A stretch of 64,000 bases of DNA from Dehalococcoidia bacterium (GTDB taxonomy: Bacteria; Chloroflexota; Dehalococcoidia; Lucifugimonadales; UBA3495): assembly GCA_030740155.1 (NCBI GenBank), contig JASLXV010000085.1, positions 1-64,000 on the forward strand, read 5' to 3'. Both the position numbers and the translations under genes were made by a program. The notes beneath the pieces were generated by a model. It worked only from the letters and a program-made list of their open reading frames with translations. It searched no databases and had not been told where the DNA came from. The first letter of the stretch is position 1. The number at the start of each line of letters is the position of its first letter. Of the stretch, positions 59,685 to 64,000 are shown piece after piece.

Positions 59685-61385
59685 CTATTGAGGCCCGGTC
59701 CCGTTATGCTGCAGCGGGTTTTCCATGGTATCGCCCAAACCGCCGCCCGGCCGTACCATTGGGTACACGTTGGCCGAGCCGTCGACGACGAATTCGATGA
59801 GGAAGGGGCCTTCGTGGGCTTGGGCCTGGCGGAGGGCAGGGAGGACATCCTCCTGCTCGTTTACGCGCACCGCGGGTACGCCGTAGGCCTCGGCCAGCTT
59901 GACATAATCGGGGCCGGTCAGTTCGGTCGCCTTGATATGCTTTTGAAAGAACAGCTCCTGCCACTGGCGGACCATTCCCAGGGACCCGTTATTGAACAAC
60001 GCGATCTTGATCGGCAGATTCGCCTCGGTCGCCGTCGCCAGCTCTTGCGAGGTCATCTGAAACCCGCCATCGCCGGCGATACTCCAGACCGGCGCGCCGG
60101 GCCGGCCCGCTTGAGCGCCCAGGGCCGCCGGCAACTCGAATCCCATGGTGCCCTGGCCGCCCGAAGAGACGAAGGTGTTGGACTGATTGAAGTAGAGGAA
60201 CTGGGCGGCCCACATCTGATGCTGGCCCACGCCGGTTACCACGACGGTCTCCGGGTTCTCCTGAAGGAGTTCGTTCAAGCTGGCCAGCACCTGCTGGGGT
60301 TGCAGGGTATCGGACTGGGGGATGGCCAGGCATGGATGATGGACCCTCTCGCCGTCGATGAAGTCCATCCACTCCTGCCGCTTGGCGTAGGTCACCAGGG
60401 GCAGCAGCTCCCGAAGCACCCCTTTGGCGTCGCCGACCAGAGGCACCTCCACCGGGACGTTCCGGCCGATTTGAGATGCTTCGATATCCAGGTGAATGAT
60501 CCGGGCGTGGGGCGCGAAGGTGGAGGCCTTGCCGGTGACCCGGTCGTCGAAGCGCATCCCCAGGCCGACGATGAGGTCGGCCCGGTCCACCGCCATATTT
60601 GCCCAGTACATGCCGTGCATCCCCAGCATTCCCAGGCTCAAGGGATGATTTCCCGGGAAGCCGCCGAGGCCGAGAAGGGTGGTGATGACCGGGATGCCCG
60701 TGGTCTCCGCTAGGGCCTTGACCTCTTGGGAGGCGCCGGAAGCCATGACGCCGTGTCCGCTGATGATGAGGGGCCGTTGGGCCTCGTTGATCAGCCGTGC
60801 CGCCCGCTGCACCGCCTCGAAGGTCTCCGGGGACAGGGAAGAAGAAGCCGGCTCGGCGACCTCGGGGAACTCCAACTCGGCTTCTTCAAGTTGAACATCC
60901 CGCGGTACATCGATCAACACGGGCCCCGGCCGTCCCTCCATCGCGGTGGCGAACGCCTCACGGATGGTGGGCGCCAGGTCTTGGGTGGACAGCACCATGT
61001 AGCTCTTCTTGGTGCACGAAGCGGTGATCGAGCAGATGTCGCATTCCTGGAACGCCTCTGATCCCAGCGAAGTCCGGGCCACCTGGCCGGTGATGACCAC
61101 CATGGGTATCGAGTCGGCTTTGGCACTCATGATCCCGGTGACCAGGTTGGTGCCGCCGGGGCCGGAGGTGGCCATGCAAACGCCCACCTTGCCGGTCACG
61201 CGGGAGTAGCCGTCGGCGGCGTGGGCCGCGGCCTGTTCGTGACGAACCAGGATGTGCCGCAGCTGGGGATAACTCCAGAGGGCGTCGTAAAGGGGAAGGA
61301 TAGCCCCTCCGGGATACCCGAAAACGACTTCAACGCCTTCCCGAAGAAGGCTCTCGCAGATGATTTCCGAACCTTTTAGTTTCAA
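59685..61385 (-). CDS. ilvB: acetolactate synthase large subunit
   Basis: FGYPGGAILP, RHEQ, TSGPG, EAFQE.D, GMLGMHG, RFDDRVTG, VGQHQMW, GDGGFQMT, GMVRQWQ. Confidence 0.96.
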   Translation of the reverse strand: MKLKGSEIICESLLREGVEVVFGYPGGAILPLYDALWSYPQLRHILVRHEQAAAHAADGYSRVTGKVGVCMATSGPGGTNLVTGIMSAKADSIPMVVITGQVARTSLGSEAFQECDICSITASCTKKSYMVLSTQDLAPTIREAFATAMEGRPGPVLIDVPRDVQLEEAELEFPEVAEPASSSLSPETFEAVQRAARLINEAQRPLIISGHGVMASGASQEVKALAETTGIPVITTLLGLGGFPGNHPLSLGMLGMHGMYWANMAVDRADLIVGLGMRFDDRVTGKASTFAPHARIIHLDIEASQIGRNVPVEVPLVGDAKGVLRELLPLVTYAKRQEWMDFIDGERVHHPCLAIPQSDTLQPQQVLASLNELLQENPETVVVTGVGQHQMWAAQFLYFNQSNTFVSSGGQGTMGFELPAALGAQAGRPGAPVWSIAGDGGFQMTSQELATATEANLPIKIALFNNGSLGMVRQWQELFFQKHIKATELTGPDYVKLAEAYGVPAVRVNEQEDVLPALRQAQAHEGPFLIEFVVDGSANVYPMVRPGGGLGDTMENPLQHNGTGPQ

Positions 61386-61407
61386 AGCAGCCCCTTCTTA
61401 AAGACAA

Positions 61408-61440
61408 CAAAAAAACCCGCCCCCTATAGGGACGGGATTT
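61408..61440 (-). terminator. intrinsic terminator of the T-box leader
   Basis: CCCGUCCC-loop-GGGGCGGG followed by U7. Confidence 0.85.
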
Positions 61441-61683
61441 CTAAGCTCCCGCGGTACCACCCTATTTGCCCCGACATAGTCGAGACCTCTCAGTGAGGAC
61501 ACTAACATGCCCCGCCATCTCTAACGGGCGGCGACCCCGGCTCAGCTTACCTGCCTTTCCAGTTCAGGAAGGCCTCAGCTGGCGGCTCCGGAGGGATTTT
61601 CGAATAAGCTCGGCACACCTGCTCACACCGCACCAGGCTCGCTTTGCGCCTACCCTTATCTACTCGTCTCCATCACAGCTTCT
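61408..61683 (-). promoter_or_regulatory. T-box riboswitch, probable Ile (AUC) specifier
   Basis: GA motif UGUGAU, AGUA, specifier loop GAA-A-AUC-C (61597-61595), T-box AGGGUGGUACCGCG (61463-61450), terminator. Confidence 0.93.
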
Positions 61684-61691
61684 AACTGCGT

Positions 61692-61721
61692 AAAGTACCA
61701 CAAATAGTGCCTAGCTGTCAA
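61692..61721 (-). promoter_or_regulatory. putative sigma70 promoter for T-box/ilvB
   Basis: TTGACA-N18-TACTTT with TGn extension. Confidence 0.65.
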
Positions 61722-62796
61722 TACGGGCTACTTGCGGGCTCGCCTCAATCCTGCCCCGCGTGTCCCTGCCGGTCAGACGCTCTCGGACGTGCCGGACCGC
61801 ACTGCTATACCCATCCACCAGTGGCGTCCCTGACCCCTGCGGCGACGGCGGAAACCAAGACCGGTAAGGGCCCAAGCCAAAATTTCGTTGGCGCCACGGT
61901 TTTGCCCGGTTCTCATCGCACCATCTGAGATACGCAACGTAGAGGTCTCTAGCGGGCGCAGCCTGATCGGAGGATACGAGGCACGCCTCCGCTACGAACC
62001 GATTCAGCGAATTGGCCTCCGGCGGGCCGGTGACAGGGGTGCCGCCATCCGCATCCTCTGGTGTGTCCTCTCCCAGGCCGGGAGGCGGACCGGAATCCTC
62101 TTCCTCCAGGGGGGTTACCCTGCGCCTGCCTCCCACGGTGGTGCCCCGTTGGCCATCGAAGAGCTTGCGGCCGCGGGCCACGTTGATACCCGGTGAACGG
62201 GTCGCCGGTTCCCGGGCCTGATCCGAAGATTCTTGGGGCGCCTCTTCCCCAGTACGGAGCATCCAGGCGTTCTCGGTAGCCGGGTCGGTTAGCCAGTTCT
62301 TCACCACCCGTTGGAAATTGCCGGGGATCTCAACCCCCAAACTGCTGGCGACGCGGTTCATGAAGTTGAACAAACAGGTAACCAGGACGATGGAAAGGAT
62401 ATCCTGCTCGAGGAAGCCCGCGTCCCGCAGCCCATCAAGGACGCCCTCGGTCATGGAGGCCGGCTCCACGGTTACCTTCAGCGCGAAGTCCAGCATCTTG
62501 AGGTCTGGCGCGGACAGTTCCGCCTGAGTGTAGTCGGAGAGCAATTGGCTGGCCAGGCCCGAGTCGCCGGAGTGGCGGCGCACGAATCCTCCGTGGGTCA
62601 AGGCCCCGTACCGGCACTGGTTGGCTACTGCCACTACGGTGGCGATAGCCTCCTCTTGAACTCGGCTCAAGGTCGAACCGCCGAAGGCGAGGGTCTCGTT
62701 CAGCCCTTTGACCGCCTCCAACGCCTCGGGGTTCAACGACAGCGCCTGGAAAATCGCGGGCAAGTCTGGCAGGTTTGCTTCTTCAATCCATGACAT
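61711..62796 (-). CDS. AhpD/CMD-like domain fused to a winged-helix domain; apparent frameshift near 61871, alternative stop at 61773
   Basis: LSRVQEEAIATVVAVANQCRYGALTH, FALKVT.EP, FNFMNRVA..LG; C-terminal RFVAEAC...ARDLYVAYLRWCDEN...QRNFG. Confidence 0.85.
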   Translation of the reverse strand: MSWIEEANLPDLPAIFQALSLNPEALEAVKGLNETLAFGGSTLSRVQEEAIATVVAVANQCRYGALTHGGFVRRHSGDSGLASQLLSDYTQAELSAPDLKMLDFALKVTVEPASMTEGVLDGLRDAGFLEQDILSIVLVTCLFNFMNRVASSLGVEIPGNFQRVVKNWLTDPATENAWMLRTGEEAPQESSDQAREPATRSPGINVARGRKLFDGQRGTTVGGRRRVTPLEEEDSGPPPGLGEDTPEDADGGTPVTGPPEANSLNRFVAEACLVSSDQAAPARDLYVAYLRWCDENRAKPWRQRNFGLGPYRSWFPPSPQGSGTPLVDGYSSAVRHVRERLTGRDTRGRIEASPQVARIDS

Positions 62797-62927
62797 ATAA
62801 CTGCCTATCGACGAAAACTACCTCTCTAATCCACTCTCCGCCACCGGACTGGAATTTGTCAAGGGTATACGCTGATTCACCCGATTCCCCGATTCGAGTG
62901 TGGTAGTATGGTTCGTGGAGGAAGAAG

Positions 62928-63527
62928 TTGATTGGCGGTTTCCAAGGCCCAAAGAGTCCTGATGTGTACATACGCGACGTGGCGCTACTGCCCGCAGAGA
63001 AGGTAACCCATATCTTCTCCGCCGACCTGGGCCTCGCCGACGAGACCCCGGAGGCCGGGCAGGCTTTGATAACCACCAACCGGCGCATTCTGGCCTTCAC
63101 CAAGCGTGAAGGGCGCGACGTAACCTTCGTGGCCTTCGTTGAAGAGCTGAAGGGCGTGGCCGTGAAGGCCGCGTCCCGAAGGGGCGGATCGCTGCTTCAA
63201 AGCCTGCTGCTGGCGGCAGGAGGAATCCTCCTCTACGTGGCCTTCGCCTACTGGGTGACCGGCCGGATTGGCGGCCCGAACATTCCGATCCTCAACATGG
63301 ACTTTGGGCCTTTCATTTTATTGATCGGGGCGCTGCTCGGCGCGGTATTCATCGGCCGGTACTTCTACAGTCAGGGAGATGGCTCGGTCACTTTCCAGGG
63401 AAGTAGCTGGAACTTTGTTTTCGCCTTCAACGGTAACCTCGCCAGTGAAGATATCTACCGGGTGGTCAACACGCTCTTTGCCACCCGCGACTCCTCCATC
63501 GGCTACTCGCTGCTCTGGAAAGACTGA
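62928..63527 (+). CDS. hypothetical membrane protein (PH-like beta domain interrupted by two TM helices)
   Basis: LLPAEKV, LITTNRRILAF, two hydrophobic segments; start uncertain. Confidence 0.7.
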   Translation: MIGGFQGPKSPDVYIRDVALLPAEKVTHIFSADLGLADETPEAGQALITTNRRILAFTKREGRDVTFVAFVEELKGVAVKAASRRGGSLLQSLLLAAGGILLYVAFAYWVTGRIGGPNIPILNMDFGPFILLIGALLGAVFIGRYFYSQGDGSVTFQGSSWNFVFAFNGNLASEDIYRVVNTLFATRDSSIGYSLLWKD

Positions 63528-63615
63528 GTACGCATCCACGGCAGAACCGGAGAGATCCGGCCCGCCGATAATGGTGCGCGGCATCGGCCCGGCCCGGGCC
63601 CACGGGCCATCGCCT

Positions 63616-64000
63616 CTAGCCCAGGGGCAGGCTGGGGTCGATGTCCAACTCCATGCCGGACTGCTCTCCCCTCTGATTCATGAAATAGGCGCACGCCGCG
63701 ATCATCGCCCCGTTATCGGTACACAAGACCGGAGGAGGAACGATGACCGGCAAGGGGGAGCGGCGGGTTATTTCCTGACGCAGCCTGGAGTTGGCCGCGA
63801 CGCCTCCACCCAGGATGAGGCCACGAGCCCCATACTTTTTGGCCATGTCCAGCAGCTTGGCCGTCATCACTTCTACCAACGACTCCTGGAAGGCGGCGGC
63901 CAACTCTCGGACCAGGCTGGTGGTGCCGGCCTGGTCCAGGGCCCCACCCCCCGGCGGATAAACCCCTTTGGCCTGGGCCAGGTGCAATAGGGCCGTCTTC
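63616..64000 (-). CDS. tsaD: tRNA threonylcarbamoyltransferase (C-terminal part; start outside window)
   Basis: LAAAFQE, GGGVAANSRLR, LCTDNGAMIA. Confidence 0.93.
   Translation of the reverse strand, partial: KTALLHLAQAKGVYPPGGGALDQAGTTSLVRELAAAFQESLVEVMTAKLLDMAKKYGARGLILGGGVAANSRLRQEITRRSPLPVIVPPPVLCTDNGAMIAACAYFMNQRGEQSGMELDIDPSLPLG

Noticed and set aside
62605..62616. Selenocysteine in the CMD-domain motif
   Set aside because: The codon is GGG (Gly), not TGA.

Overview
GC-rich bacterial chromosome segment. The gene content and style (F420-dependent LLM oxidoreductase, enolase-superfamily/cupin/DinB/ThDP enzymes, FmdB zinc ribbons, translin, archaeal-type dUTPase, T-box-controlled ilvB) suggest Chloroflexota, probably a Dehalococcoidia/SAR202-like lineage; this is inference. 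It is mostly housekeeping (polA, rpmB, rpe, argH, uvrC, xerD, queG, groEL, folB/folK/folP, rarA, phoU, lspA, gltX, glnS, mtaB, fumC, ilvB, tsaD), with an uncharacterised small-molecule catabolic block at about 33.5-43.4 kb. I found no rRNA, tRNA, CRISPR array, transposase or prophage. Most notable observations: (1) an AhpD/CMD-like domain lacking the second Cys fused to a primase-C-terminal/RFX-like winged-helix domain whose end is hidden by a 1-nt frameshift; (2) a structured ~96-nt element at the 5' end of the folP-folK leader; (3) an Ile-specifier T-box before a stand-alone ilvB; (4) a dispersed composite palindromic repeat family with homologous spacers, plus other REP-like families; (5) an MmcB-like nuclease with a long insertion; (6) broken genes missed by the ORF track (DUF4349 nonsense allele, DUF2283 remnant, GAF-like remnant). 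Family names come from motif recognition, not database searches.
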